In this document: piece after piece, positions 1 to 10,677 of the stretch
Position numbering within the stretch: position 1 is the stretch's first letter
Layout: every line of letters starts with the position of its first letter
Source: an uncultured Rubrivirga sp.
Lineage (GTDB): Bacteria > Actinomycetota > Actinomycetes > S36-B12
Reading direction: 5' to 3'
DNA: 58,250 nt
Assembly: GCA_964550285.1 (NCBI GenBank)
Contig: CAZJYN010000003.1
Coordinates: forward strand, 11,192-69,441
The notes under the pieces: model-generated
Told to the model about the DNA's origin: nothing
What the model saw: only the letters and a program-made list of their open reading frames with translations
Databases searched by the model: none
Translations under genes and position numbers: made by a program

Positions 1-143
1 CTCATGTTTACAACTGTAAACAGCATTTCCGGCAGGGTCAATCGTCGGCTTGGGGATTCGGTGAACCGGGACTGTGGACACCTGAATCGACGTTGGAACC
101 CGGCGGTGTCAGAGGCGCACCCTCGGTGCGCGATGATCGAACA

Positions 144-2183
144 GTGCCGAATCGACTCAGCGAAGCCACATCCCCGTACCTGCTTCAGCACTCAGACAAC
201 CCCGTCGACTGGCGGGAGTGGAGCCAAGAAGCCTTCGACGAAGCTCGCGATCGCGGGCTTCCGATCTTCTTGTCGATCGGGTACTCGGCCTGCCACTGGT
301 GTCACGTCATGGCCCACGAGTCCTTCGAGGACGAGGCGATCGCGGCCTACCTGAACGAGAACTTCGTATCCATCAAGGTCGACAGGGAAGAGCGGCCGGA
401 CCTGGACTCCGTCTACATGGACGCAACGGTCGCGATGACCGGGCACGGCGGCTGGCCGATGACCGTGTTCTTGGATCATGAGGGCCGCCCGTTCTACGCG
501 GGCACGTACTTCCCACCCGAGCCGCGGCATCAGATGTCGTCGTTCCCGCAATTGCTGCAAGCCATCACCGATGCCTGGGAGAACCGTCGCGGTGAGATCG
601 AGGCAGCCGGGCAACGCATCGTCGAGGCACTTTCCAGCCGGCAACTAGCGGCCGCTGGCGAGGCACCACCCACGCTGGCCGAGCTCGACGCCGCGGTCGC
701 GGGACTGTCCCAGGACTTCGATGCGCAATACGGCGGCTTCGGTGGTGCACCCAAGTTCCCACCGTCCATGCTGCTTGAGTTCTTGATCCGGTACGTCGCG
801 CTACCTGGCGTTACGCACGGCGCCGAAGCGATGGACATGCTCGAGCGCACCCTTGAGGCCATGGCGCGCGGCGGGATGTACGACCAGATCGGCGGCGGAT
901 TCGCGCGCTACTCGGTCGATGATCGCTGGGTGGTGCCGCACTTCGAGAAGATGCTCTACGACAACGCCCTACTCCTGCGGGTGTACGTGCACTACTGGCG
1001 AATGACCGGCTCCGCCTTCGCCGAACGGATCGCGCGCGAAAGCGCCGAATTCCTGGTGCGCGATATGCGAACACCCGAAGGCGGATTCGCATCGGCACTC
1101 GATGCCGACAGCGAGGGGGTGGAAGGCAAGTTCTACGCCTGGACACCCGAGCAGTTGATCGCGGTGCTCGGAGACGAAGACGGACGCTGGGCAGCGGACC
1201 TACTCACCGTCACCCCGCAGGGCACATTCGAGCACGGGTCCTCGACCCTGCAATTGCTGCGCGACCCCGATGACTGGCAGCGGTGGTACTCGGTGCGCGC
1301 GCGGTTGTTCGAAGCGCGCGAAGAGCGGGTGCATCCCGGACGCGACGACAAGGTTGTGGCGTCGTGGAACGGAATGGCGATCGCAGCCTTGGCCGAGGCC
1401 GGACAGTTGCTGGGCGAACCCGAGTGGGTGGAAGCGGCGATGGTGGCAGCGGATCTGCTGGTGGCCGTGCATCTCGGAGCGCAGGACGACGACCGGCTCG
1501 CTCGCACCTCCAAGGACGGCCTTGCCGGTAACAACCTCGGGGTACTCGACGATTACGGCAGCGTGGCCGAAGGCTTCCTTGCCCTCGGCCAAGTGACCGG
1601 TGAGATCGCCTGGCAGCAATTCGCGGGCATATTGCTCGATGTGGCAGTCCAGCACTTCGCCGACGGTGAAGGCGGCTTCTTCGATACCGCCGACGACGCC
1701 CCCGAGTTGGTGCGCCGGCCCCGGGACCCGGCGGACAACGCCGAGCCGTCGGGATGGTTCGCCGTTGCCAACTCCCTGGTGACCTACGCGGCCCTCACCG
1801 GATCCACCGAACACCGGACGGTAGCCGAGCGGGCGCTGGGCTTGGTGTCCTCGCTGGCCGAACGGGCCCCGCGAGCCGTCGGCTGGGGGCTGGTCGCTGC
1901 TACGGCCTTGCAGGCCGGACCACTCGAAGTGGCCGTCGTCGTTCCTGAGTCGGGTGATTCCAGCGGCCGGGAATTGATCGATACGGCATTCGCATCCACC
2001 TCACCGGGCACAGTGGTCGCGTGGGGCCCGGTCGACAGCGACGATCAACCGCTGCTTCGGGACCGGCCGCTCATCGACGGTCGACCGAGCGCCTATGTGT
2101 GCCGTGGATTCGTCTGCGATCGGCCGGTTGCGTCCTCGGAGGAATTGGCGTCGATGGTTCGGGCGCGCTCTGGCGTCGTTTAG
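144..2183 (+). CDS. Thioredoxin domain-containing protein, YyaL/SPATA20 family
   Basis: N-terminal NRL..SPYLLQH, CHWCHVM thioredoxin-like motif, GGFGGAPKFP, PHFEKMLYDN. Start moved to GTG 144 (ORF track starts at 93). Confidence 0.92.
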   Translation: MPNRLSEATSPYLLQHSDNPVDWREWSQEAFDEARDRGLPIFLSIGYSACHWCHVMAHESFEDEAIAAYLNENFVSIKVDREERPDLDSVYMDATVAMTGHGGWPMTVFLDHEGRPFYAGTYFPPEPRHQMSSFPQLLQAITDAWENRRGEIEAAGQRIVEALSSRQLAAAGEAPPTLAELDAAVAGLSQDFDAQYGGFGGAPKFPPSMLLEFLIRYVALPGVTHGAEAMDMLERTLEAMARGGMYDQIGGGFARYSVDDRWVVPHFEKMLYDNALLLRVYVHYWRMTGSAFAERIARESAEFLVRDMRTPEGGFASALDADSEGVEGKFYAWTPEQLIAVLGDEDGRWAADLLTVTPQGTFEHGSSTLQLLRDPDDWQRWYSVRARLFEAREERVHPGRDDKVVASWNGMAIAALAEAGQLLGEPEWVEAAMVAADLLVAVHLGAQDDDRLARTSKDGLAGNNLGVLDDYGSVAEGFLALGQVTGEIAWQQFAGILLDVAVQHFADGEGGFFDTADDAPELVRRPRDPADNAEPSGWFAVANSLVTYAALTGSTEHRTVAERALGLVSSLAERAPRAVGWGLVAATALQAGPLEVAVVVPESGDSSGRELIDTAFASTSPGTVVAWGPVDSDDQPLLRDRPLIDGRPSAYVCRGFVCDRPVASSEELASMVRARSGVV

Positions 2184-2246
2184 CGCGTCGGGGGGAGTAG
2201 CCTGAGGCACGCTGTCGAGAGCGGCTCAGGGGAAGGACATGGGTTA

Positions 2247-3020
2247 GTGGGTCTAACGGATCTCGTCTACGGCGTCTACGAACGGCGACTTCAGACCCAC
2301 GTCAAGGATGCCGCGGATCGTGGCCGAACCCCCAAACATGTCGGTGTGATCTTGGACGGCAACCGTCGGTGGGCCACCGCGCAGGGCTCGACCTCGGCAG
2401 TGGGTCACGAAGCCGGTGCAGCGAAAATCGTCGACTTCCTTACCTGGTGCGATGACGCCAACGTGGAAGTCGTGACCTTGTGGCTGCTGTCCACCGACAA
2501 CCTCACGCGGCCAGAGCCCGAATTGGATGCGCTGCTGGGCATCATCGAGGACACCGTGCACGGGCTGGTAGGCCAAGGACGCTGGCGGCTGCATCCGGTG
2601 GGGGCGCTGGATCTACTGCCCGATCACACGGCGCGGGTATTGAAGGAAGCGCAGGAAGCCACCGCCGGGCTCGACGGCTCGTTGGTGAACGTTGCCGTTG
2701 GCTACGGCGGCCGCCGCGAGGTAGTCGACGCGGTGCGCTCGTTGCTGCAAAGCCACGCCGACCAGGGAACCACGCTCGATGAACTCGCCCAGGTGGTGGA
2801 TGTCGAGCACATCGCCGATCACCTCTACACGAAGGGGCAACCGGATCCTGACCTAGTAATCCGAACCTCCGGTGAACAGCGCCTGTCGGGCTTCTTGATG
2901 TGGCAAAGCGCCCATTCGGAGTTCTACTTCTGTGAGGCGTTCTGGCCGGACTTCCGCCGCGTCGACTTCCTGCGGGCGCTGCGCGCGTTCGCGGAACGGC
3001 AACGCCGCTTCGGCGCATGA
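2247..3020 (+). CDS. uppS: cis-isoprenyl diphosphate synthase (short-chain Z-prenyltransferase type)
   Basis: HVGVILDGNRRWA, LSTDNL, IRTSGEQRLSGFLMWQ, RRFG C-terminus. Confidence 0.92.
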   Translation: MGLTDLVYGVYERRLQTHVKDAADRGRTPKHVGVILDGNRRWATAQGSTSAVGHEAGAAKIVDFLTWCDDANVEVVTLWLLSTDNLTRPEPELDALLGIIEDTVHGLVGQGRWRLHPVGALDLLPDHTARVLKEAQEATAGLDGSLVNVAVGYGGRREVVDAVRSLLQSHADQGTTLDELAQVVDVEHIADHLYTKGQPDPDLVIRTSGEQRLSGFLMWQSAHSEFYFCEAFWPDFRRVDFLRALRAFAERQRRFGA

Positions 3021-3787
3021 GTTCGCAGAACCCACCCCCGGAGATCGCCAAACGGGTGGACCCCAACGCAGAGCGCGTGCTGCACCGGCCGTTCTTCATG
3101 GTCTTGGTCCTTGCCACCGTGGGCGGTGCACTGGACGCCGATGATTACCTCACCTACGGCGTCTTCACCGCCAACCAGGCGGGCAACATGGTGTTGCTGT
3201 GGATCAAGATCCTCGATGAACCTGGACAAGCGCTGTTGTCGCTTAGTTCCCTCGTCGGATGCGCGTTGGGAATCGCGTTCGTCGTCGTCTTACGGAGCTT
3301 GAAACGCTGGCCGGCGGGTGAACGCGGGTCTCGCACCCTGCTGTTCGTGGCGGCAGCCATCTTGGCGATCACCTCACTGATCGGGGGTCGGCTCTTCGAT
3401 CCGCGCGTCGAGGTTTCCGCGAGTAACTTGGAACTTGGCAGCACATCATGGTGGGGCGCGTTCTTCTCGGTGTCCATGTCGGCATTCTCACTGGGCGTAC
3501 TGGCAACGGTCTTCGTATGGGCTGGAACGCAGAAGACCGCGGTGATCGCCGCTACCGGCCCGTATCTCGACGCCGCGCGCTACGCCACGGCGAGCGCGAT
3601 CTACAAATCGCCGGAGTACCGCGCGAAGTGGCGGGCACTGATCGCTTTCCCCATCGCCTGGACGCTGGGAGCGATGTTCGTGGGCCTGACGTCCCTGGAC
3701 CGTCCGTTCATCACCTTGATCGCGGTGCTGACGGTGCTGGCTGTGGCCGTGTTCGCACGGGCCCGCGATCCGCAAACGGACCCGTAG
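3017..3787 (+). CDS. YoaK/DUF1275 family membrane protein
   Basis: Multiple TM helices; GALDADDYLTYGVFTANQAGNMVLL resembles the family N-terminal motif; ATGA overlap with uppS. Confidence 0.7.
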   Translation: MSSQNPPPEIAKRVDPNAERVLHRPFFMVLVLATVGGALDADDYLTYGVFTANQAGNMVLLWIKILDEPGQALLSLSSLVGCALGIAFVVVLRSLKRWPAGERGSRTLLFVAAAILAITSLIGGRLFDPRVEVSASNLELGSTSWWGAFFSVSMSAFSLGVLATVFVWAGTQKTAVIAATGPYLDAARYATASAIYKSPEYRAKWRALIAFPIAWTLGAMFVGLTSLDRPFITLIAVLTVLAVAVFARARDPQTDP

Positions 3788-3791
3788 GCCC

Positions 3792-3854
3792 GACCTGCAG
3801 CGCTAGATCTGAAGCGCTAGATCTGAAGCGCTAGACCTAGCTAGCGCACGCTAG
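3792..3854. repeat. 14-bp tandem repeat (AGCGCTAGATCTGA x2 plus degenerate copies), CTAG-rich
   Basis: Exact copies at 3799-3812 and 3813-3826, partial copy at 3827-3838; six CTAG sites between 3803 and 3854. Confidence 0.9.
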
Positions 3855-4744
3855 TTCCAGGACTCGGCAACCGCCGAGGCATCGGCCATGCCCTGTGCTC
3901 GACCCATATCGCGGGCAGTGGGGATCGAATCCGGATCCATCATCTGCTTGTCGGTGAAGGACTCAGGGACGGCGGTGAAGACGGTCGTGCCCGAATCCTT
4001 GAGCGCCAAGAGATCCTCGGCGTCCTGCTTCGTCATTCCCGTCGGTTCGAAGCCGCGCAGCGAGAGCACGAGCGCGAACCGTGATCCGGCCACTAGATCC
4101 AAATGCACGGCGCTGGCGCCTACTCCACCGTCCATGCACTTGCGGTCTTGGACCTGTTGCGGGGGGAACATCCCCGGCAGGGCCGTGCTTGCCGCCATCG
4201 CGGCGGCCGGGGTGACGGCCGCGCGATGATCGATCACGCATCGTTCACCGCTGAAGGTGTCGATGCAGGTGATGTGCACGGCCTCGCTCGGCCAATCGCC
4301 CACACCGGCGATGATCTCGACGTTGCGGTGCATGGTCTCCGGTTCGACGGTTTGGGCTGCGAGGGCGGCGTGGCCCACGCGCTGCAACTGATCCGGATCG
4401 CTGGTGGTTGTCGTCTCGAAGACGCTCCACGCGCGCGCCTGGCTGGGATGCGTGTCACCGGAGGCGGATAGGTGCGCGGCCAGTTGCGGGAGACGGGTCA
4501 TCGCGTCGAGTTCGGTATGCAAACGGCGCAGGCCGTCACGGGCGAGCACGGTGGCGACCATGGATCCGGCCGAGGTGCCGACGATCCGCTGCGCGCCGCG
4601 CACATCGATGCCGGCGTCCATCAACGCCGTCAGGTAGCCCACCTGCCAGGCCACGAAGAAGATGCCACCGCCACCTAGGCAGAGCGAACGGTCGAAGCCG
4701 TGTCCGTAGCGGGCATCGAAGGAGGGTGGAAGGGCGATATCCAT
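3851..4744 (-). CDS. Patatin-like phospholipase
   Basis: Gly-rich LGGGG oxyanion motif, GTSAG nucleophile elbow, DGG catalytic Asp. Confidence 0.88.
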   Translation of the reverse strand: MDIALPPSFDARYGHGFDRSLCLGGGGIFFVAWQVGYLTALMDAGIDVRGAQRIVGTSAGSMVATVLARDGLRRLHTELDAMTRLPQLAAHLSASGDTHPSQARAWSVFETTTTSDPDQLQRVGHAALAAQTVEPETMHRNVEIIAGVGDWPSEAVHITCIDTFSGERCVIDHRAAVTPAAAMAASTALPGMFPPQQVQDRKCMDGGVGASAVHLDLVAGSRFALVLSLRGFEPTGMTKQDAEDLLALKDSGTTVFTAVPESFTDKQMMDPDSIPTARDMGRAQGMADASAVAESWN

Positions 4745-4948
4745 GTCACAAGACTGACACCACGAGTGGGGTTTCGTGGGGTTTCGACTCCGAAAAAGTG
4801 AACATTCTTCATGTTCTTTCGTTGTTCACCGGAACGCCATGAAGCGCGCCGCGCGGCGTGTCGAAGTGTGGGCCGGTGGGTTCGGTTCTAGCGTGTAGTT
4901 GCGAACCGGGTTCGCCGGTTCGAGGCCGGTAGGCAGCTAGGAGACCGT

Positions 4949-6250
4949 GTGCAACTAGGCGCCCGCAAGACGTACGTCCTCGACACATCCGTCCTTCTCT
5001 CCGATCCCCGGGCGCTGCTGCGGTTCGACGAACATGACGTCGTCGTTCCGGTCGTGGTGGTCACCGAACTCGAGGCCAAACGCTCGCACCCCGAGCTCGG
5101 CTACTTCGCTCGGCAAGCCCTGCGGTTGCTCGATGAGCTGCGGGTGCAGGCCGGCAGGCTCGATGAACCCATCGCGCTCGGCGACGGCGGCGGAACACTC
5201 CGGGTGGAGTTGAACCACACGGATGTCGAGTCCTTGCCATCGGGGCTGCGGCTAGGTGACAACGACACCCGCATCCTCGCCGTAGCCAAGAACCTGGCAC
5301 TCGGTGGTCTCGACGTGACGCTCGTCAGCAAGGACCTGCCCATGCGGGTCAAGGCATCGTCCGTTGGCTTGCTCGCCGAGGAGTACCGAGCCGAATTGGT
5401 GGTGGAGTCCGGCTACACCGGAGTGCAGGAGATCGATGTCGCCGGCTCCGATGTCGATCGGCTCTTCGAAGAGGGCGTGATCGATGTCGAGGCTGCCCGG
5501 GACCTGCCCTGTCACTGCGGACTGGTGCTGCTCTCCGATCGCGGAAGCGCACTTGGTCGGGTCACCGCCGATAAACGGGTGCGGCTGGTGCGCGGCGACC
5601 GGGAGGCGTTCGGTGTGCACGGGCGCAGTGCCGAACAGCGGATCGCGCTGGATCTGCTGATGGATCCGGAGATCGGCATCGTCTCGCTCGGTGGCCGCGC
5701 CGGAACCGGCAAGAGCGCGTTGGCACTTTGTGCCGGCTTGGAATCGGTGCTCGAGCGGCGCCAACACCGCAAGGTCATCGTCTTTCGTCCGCTCTACGCC
5801 GTGGGTGGCCAGGACTTGGGCTACCTGCCCGGCAGCGAGAACGAGAAGATGTCGCCGTGGGGTCAGGCGGTCTACGACACCTTGAACGCTGTCACTACCT
5901 CCGAAGTCGTGGACGAGATCACCGATCGGGGCATGCTCGAGGTGCTGCCGCTGACCCACATCCGTGGCCGATCCCTGCATGACGCCTTCGTGATCGTGGA
6001 CGAGGCCCAATCACTCGAACGCAACGTGTTGTTGACGGTGCTCTCGCGCATCGGCGCCGACAGCCGGGTGGTGCTCACCCATGACGTCGGCCAACGGGAC
6101 AACCTTCGGGTGGGCCGCTACGACGGCGTGGTCGCGGTCGTAGAGAAGCTCAAGGGTCACCCGCTGTTCGCGCACGTCACTTTGACTCGCTCGGAGCGTT
6201 CACCGGTGGCTGCGCTGGTCACCGAACTGCTCGAGGACGGCCACATCTAA
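4949..6250 (+). CDS. phoH: PhoH2-type PIN-PhoH fusion (RNase/ATPase)
   Basis: N-terminal [15 protein letters not shown]; Walker A GRAGTGKS; IRGRS; VDEAQ. Confidence 0.93.
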   Translation: MQLGARKTYVLDTSVLLSDPRALLRFDEHDVVVPVVVVTELEAKRSHPELGYFARQALRLLDELRVQAGRLDEPIALGDGGGTLRVELNHTDVESLPSGLRLGDNDTRILAVAKNLALGGLDVTLVSKDLPMRVKASSVGLLAEEYRAELVVESGYTGVQEIDVAGSDVDRLFEEGVIDVEAARDLPCHCGLVLLSDRGSALGRVTADKRVRLVRGDREAFGVHGRSAEQRIALDLLMDPEIGIVSLGGRAGTGKSALALCAGLESVLERRQHRKVIVFRPLYAVGGQDLGYLPGSENEKMSPWGQAVYDTLNAVTTSEVVDEITDRGMLEVLPLTHIRGRSLHDAFVIVDEAQSLERNVLLTVLSRIGADSRVVLTHDVGQRDNLRVGRYDGVVAVVEKLKGHPLFAHVTLTRSERSPVAALVTELLEDGHI

Positions 6251-6273
6251 CGCCAGAGTGCTCTCGGGCAAGG

Positions 6274-6289
6274 CGTGACTCTGGTCACA
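6274..6289. promoter_or_regulatory. CRP/GlxR-like binding site
   Basis: CGTGA-CTCTGG-TCACA vs consensus TGTGA-N6-TCACA (9/10), upstream of the Rpf-like gene. Confidence 0.6.
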
Positions 6290-6369
6290 CAGTGGCCAAT
6301 AATCGGTCAATCCTGCCGTGAATGTCCGATTTCACGGCGTGTCGGGAGGACAGGCCGGGCGACGTCGGC

Positions 6370-6385
6370 GTGACAAGTTTGTGAC
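6370..6385. promoter_or_regulatory. MtrA-like direct repeat
   Basis: GTGAC-AAGTTT-GTGAC, i.e. GTCAC-N6-GTCAC on the minus strand. Confidence 0.45.
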
Positions 6386-6434
6386 CTTCGGGCAGCGTAG
6401 GGGCGGTCCGGATACGTCGTCATCGAGGAGATTC

Positions 6435-7091
6435 ATGCGAAGCGGTACGCGCCTGACTTCCCTGATCGCGACATCGGCGCTGCTGGTCAGCGGGTTGGCT
6501 ATCTCGGCCACCCCGGCACTCGCCGATGAGGACAACGCACCGGTCACTCGCGTCAATGCACCCTTAGTGGACCTCGATGGGAATGTGATCGAGGGTAACG
6601 AGATCGAGGCGCAGGATGCGGGCGTTCCTGCAGGCGATGGCCAAAACGCGGTCGATACCGAGGTAGTCGCGATGGATCGCGGTGCCCGGCTCGCAATCGA
6701 GATCGCCCACGCGCTCGGCTCCAAGGACGCGCAGGACATGAAGGGTTTCGAACGCTCCTTGTATCAGGGCAAGTGGTACATGCCCAAGAAGGAGAGCATC
6801 CGCAGGTGCATCATGGATCGTGAATCCAACCACCGGTACCGGGCCGTCAGCGCCGGCGGTATGTACCGCGGCGCGTACCAGATGAATCGGGCACTAGCCC
6901 GCGGCGCGTCCTTCATGATGCAAAAGGAAGTCAAGAAGCAGATGCCCGAGGCCGTTTCCCAGGTCCGGAAGTTGCGCAAGATCCCGACCCAGCAGTGGTC
7001 TCGCTACTGGCAGGACCGCGCCTTTTGGACGATCTGGCGCAACGGCAAGGGCAAGCACCACTGGCGAACCAACTACCGCGCCTGCTTCTAG
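6435..7091 (+). CDS. Secreted lysozyme-like/Rpf-like transglycosylase
   Basis: SD GAGGAG before ATG 6435; signal peptide ending ALA|D; CIMDRES (catalytic Glu) and GGMYRGAYQM resemble the Rpf/SLT core. Confidence 0.72.
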   Translation: MRSGTRLTSLIATSALLVSGLAISATPALADEDNAPVTRVNAPLVDLDGNVIEGNEIEAQDAGVPAGDGQNAVDTEVVAMDRGARLAIEIAHALGSKDAQDMKGFERSLYQGKWYMPKKESIRRCIMDRESNHRYRAVSAGGMYRGAYQMNRALARGASFMMQKEVKKQMPEAVSQVRKLRKIPTQQWSRYWQDRAFWTIWRNGKGKHHWRTNYRACF

Positions 7092-7107
7092 GCAGCTTGC
7101 TAGCTGG

Positions 7108-8787
<1,680 letters not shown>

Positions 8788-8825
8788 GGCACCAGCGTAG
8801 GACGGCCAGAGCGTGAAGCGGGCGG

Positions 8826-9848
8826 TCAGTCTCCGGTGCCGTGGAAGTCCACGCTGGCGTAGCGGGAGAGTTTGGCCAGCCGGTGCTCGCTGCGCACCTC
8901 ACGGATCGTGCCGCTCTTGCTGCGCATCACGATGGAATGGGTGGTCGGACCGTCGGGGGAGTAGCGCACACCCTCGATGATCTCGCCGTCGGTAATGCCG
9001 GTTGCGCAAAAGAAGATGTTCTCGCCCGCCACGAGATCGGAAGTGGTCAGTACCCGATCGAGATCGTGGCCCGAATCCAGGGCCGCGCGCCGCTCGGCCT
9101 CATCCCGGGGCCAGAGCCGGGCTTGGATGCTGCCGCCCAGACAGGTCATGGCGCAGGCCGCGATGATCCCCTCGGGGGTGCCACCGATGCCGGCGAGCAT
9201 GTCCACGCCGGTGCCGTACCGAGCGGCCATCACGGCACCGGCCACATCTCCATCGACGATGAACTTGATGCGGGCACCGGCCCGGCGTACCTCGTCGACC
9301 AGATCATCGTGCCGCGGGCGATCGAGGATGCACACGGTCAGATCGGCGACCTGCTCGCCCTTTGCCTTCGCCACCTGCTGCAGATTCCATGCGATCGGTG
9401 CGGTGATGTCGATTGCGTCCACGCTGTCCGGACCGACCACCAACTTGTCCATGTAGAAAACGGCACTGGGATCGAACATGGCGCCGCGTTCTGCGACCGC
9501 GATGACCGCGATGGCGTTGGTCATTCCCTTGGCGGTCAGCGTGGTTCCATCGATGGGATCCACGGCCACGTCCGCCTCGGCGCCGGTGCCATCGCCCACG
9601 CGTTCGCCGTTGAACAGCATGGGAGCGTCGTCCTTCTCGCCCTCGCCGATCACCACGACCCCATCCATCGCCACGCTGCCGATCAGTTGGCGCATCGCAT
9701 TCACCGCTGCGCCATCGGCTCCGTTCTTGTCCCCACGCCCGACCCAGCGGGCGGCGGCCATCGCGGCCGCCTCGGTGACCCGAACCAGCTCTAGGGCCAG
9801 GTTGCGATCCGGCGCCTCGGGTGTCGAAGTCGAAGCAGCGTCGCTCAT
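8826..9848 (-). CDS. glpX: Class II fructose-1,6-bisphosphatase
   Basis: [36 protein letters not shown]; ATG 9848 preceded by TACGCT-N6. Confidence 0.96.
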   Translation of the reverse strand: MSDAASTSTPEAPDRNLALELVRVTEAAAMAAARWVGRGDKNGADGAAVNAMRQLIGSVAMDGVVVIGEGEKDDAPMLFNGERVGDGTGAEADVAVDPIDGTTLTAKGMTNAIAVIAVAERGAMFDPSAVFYMDKLVVGPDSVDAIDITAPIAWNLQQVAKAKGEQVADLTVCILDRPRHDDLVDEVRRAGARIKFIVDGDVAGAVMAARYGTGVDMLAGIGGTPEGIIAACAMTCLGGSIQARLWPRDEAERRAALDSGHDLDRVLTTSDLVAGENIFFCATGITDGEIIEGVRYSPDGPTTHSIVMRSKSGTIREVRSEHRLAKLSRYASVDFHGTGD

Positions 9849-9924
9849 CTGCCCAGCGTAGCCACGCCGGAAGCCGGTAACGGCGCCGATCGCGAGATGA
9901 ACGCCGATGGCGCATGATGTTCCG

Positions 9925-10494
9925 GTGAGCACGCCCGAACCGACCGGCCGCCCGATGCGCGGTTTGCGGCAGAACGTCGGCGACATGCTGCGCTCGATGA
10001 TCGTGGTGCTCGCCGTGGTCGGAGCGATCCTGCTGATCACCTGGCGGCCGCAGCCGGATCCGATTCGTGAAGTCCCCGTCGAACCGGTCGCGTTGGTGGC
10101 CACGGCGCAAGCGGAGTTTCCCGTCTTCGTCGTCGATTCCCCACACGGCGGCACGGTGACGAGCGTGCGCTGGGAGTCCACTCCGCAATCCGATGGGGAA
10201 CTGGTGTGGCATGTGGGCTACGTGACCCCCGAGGAGAAGTACCTGCAGTTGAGCCAATCGCTCGCGGACTCACCCGGCTACCTGGCCGAGCAGACCACCG
10301 ATGGCCGGGTGCTCGATGACTACGCCGATCTCCCTGCTGCTGTCCAAGGGCTCACCGGCGAAGGGTGGGTGCCTTGGGAGCAGCCCGACCGACGCTCGCT
10401 CGTCCGTGAGAACGACGGATCCACGACGATCCTCACCGGTACCGCATCCTGGTCCGATCTGGGCGACGCGGCCTCACACCTGGTCTTGCCGTAG
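9925..10494 (+). CDS. DUF4245-like membrane-anchored protein
   Basis: DMLRSMIVV plus one TM helix, WHVGYVTP; usual position between glpX and xseB. Start GTG 9925 (CATGAT-N6) or ATG 9907. Confidence 0.75.
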   Translation: MSTPEPTGRPMRGLRQNVGDMLRSMIVVLAVVGAILLITWRPQPDPIREVPVEPVALVATAQAEFPVFVVDSPHGGTVTSVRWESTPQSDGELVWHVGYVTPEEKYLQLSQSLADSPGYLAEQTTDGRVLDDYADLPAAVQGLTGEGWVPWEQPDRRSLVRENDGSTTILTGTASWSDLGDAASHLVLP

Positions 10495-10677
10495 CGAATC
10501 CGCGTCTGCGAGCTTGCTTCGCGCCTGGTCCAACCACTGCACGCACACGGCAGCGGCCTTCTCGCCTTGTTCCCACAATTTCAAGGACTCCTCCAAGGAC
10601 AGGCCCCCGGCCTCGAGCGATGCCACGATCGCCGCGAGTTCCTCGCGGGCCTGCTCGAAGGATTGGCTGCTGGTCAT
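10474..10677 (-). CDS. xseB: Exodeoxyribonuclease VII small subunit
   Basis: SFEQAREELAAIVASLEAGGLSLEESLKLWEQG. Confidence 0.95.
   Translation of the reverse strand: MTSSQSFEQAREELAAIVASLEAGGLSLEESLKLWEQGEKAAAVCVQWLDQARSKLADADSLRQDQV

Noticed and set aside
3792-3854. CRISPR array
   Set aside because: 14-nt units are directly adjacent with no spacers, and there are no cas genes; the Cas4-like nuclease is about 39 kb away and solo.
4810-4897. Small ORFs (26 and 19 aa) upstream of phoH2 as a candidate antitoxin
   Set aside because: No SD or leaderless signal and no recognisable motif; they overlap the predicted phoH2 promoter.
4902-4914. Possible LexA (SOS) box CGAAC-N-GTTCG upstream of phoH2
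   Set aside because: The spacer is 3 nt; the actinobacterial box needs CGAAC-N4-GTTCG.
6251-6434. c-di-AMP (ydaO) riboswitch expected upstream of an rpf-like gene
   Set aside because: I could not see the conserved ydaO core motifs; an Rfam scan would be decisive.
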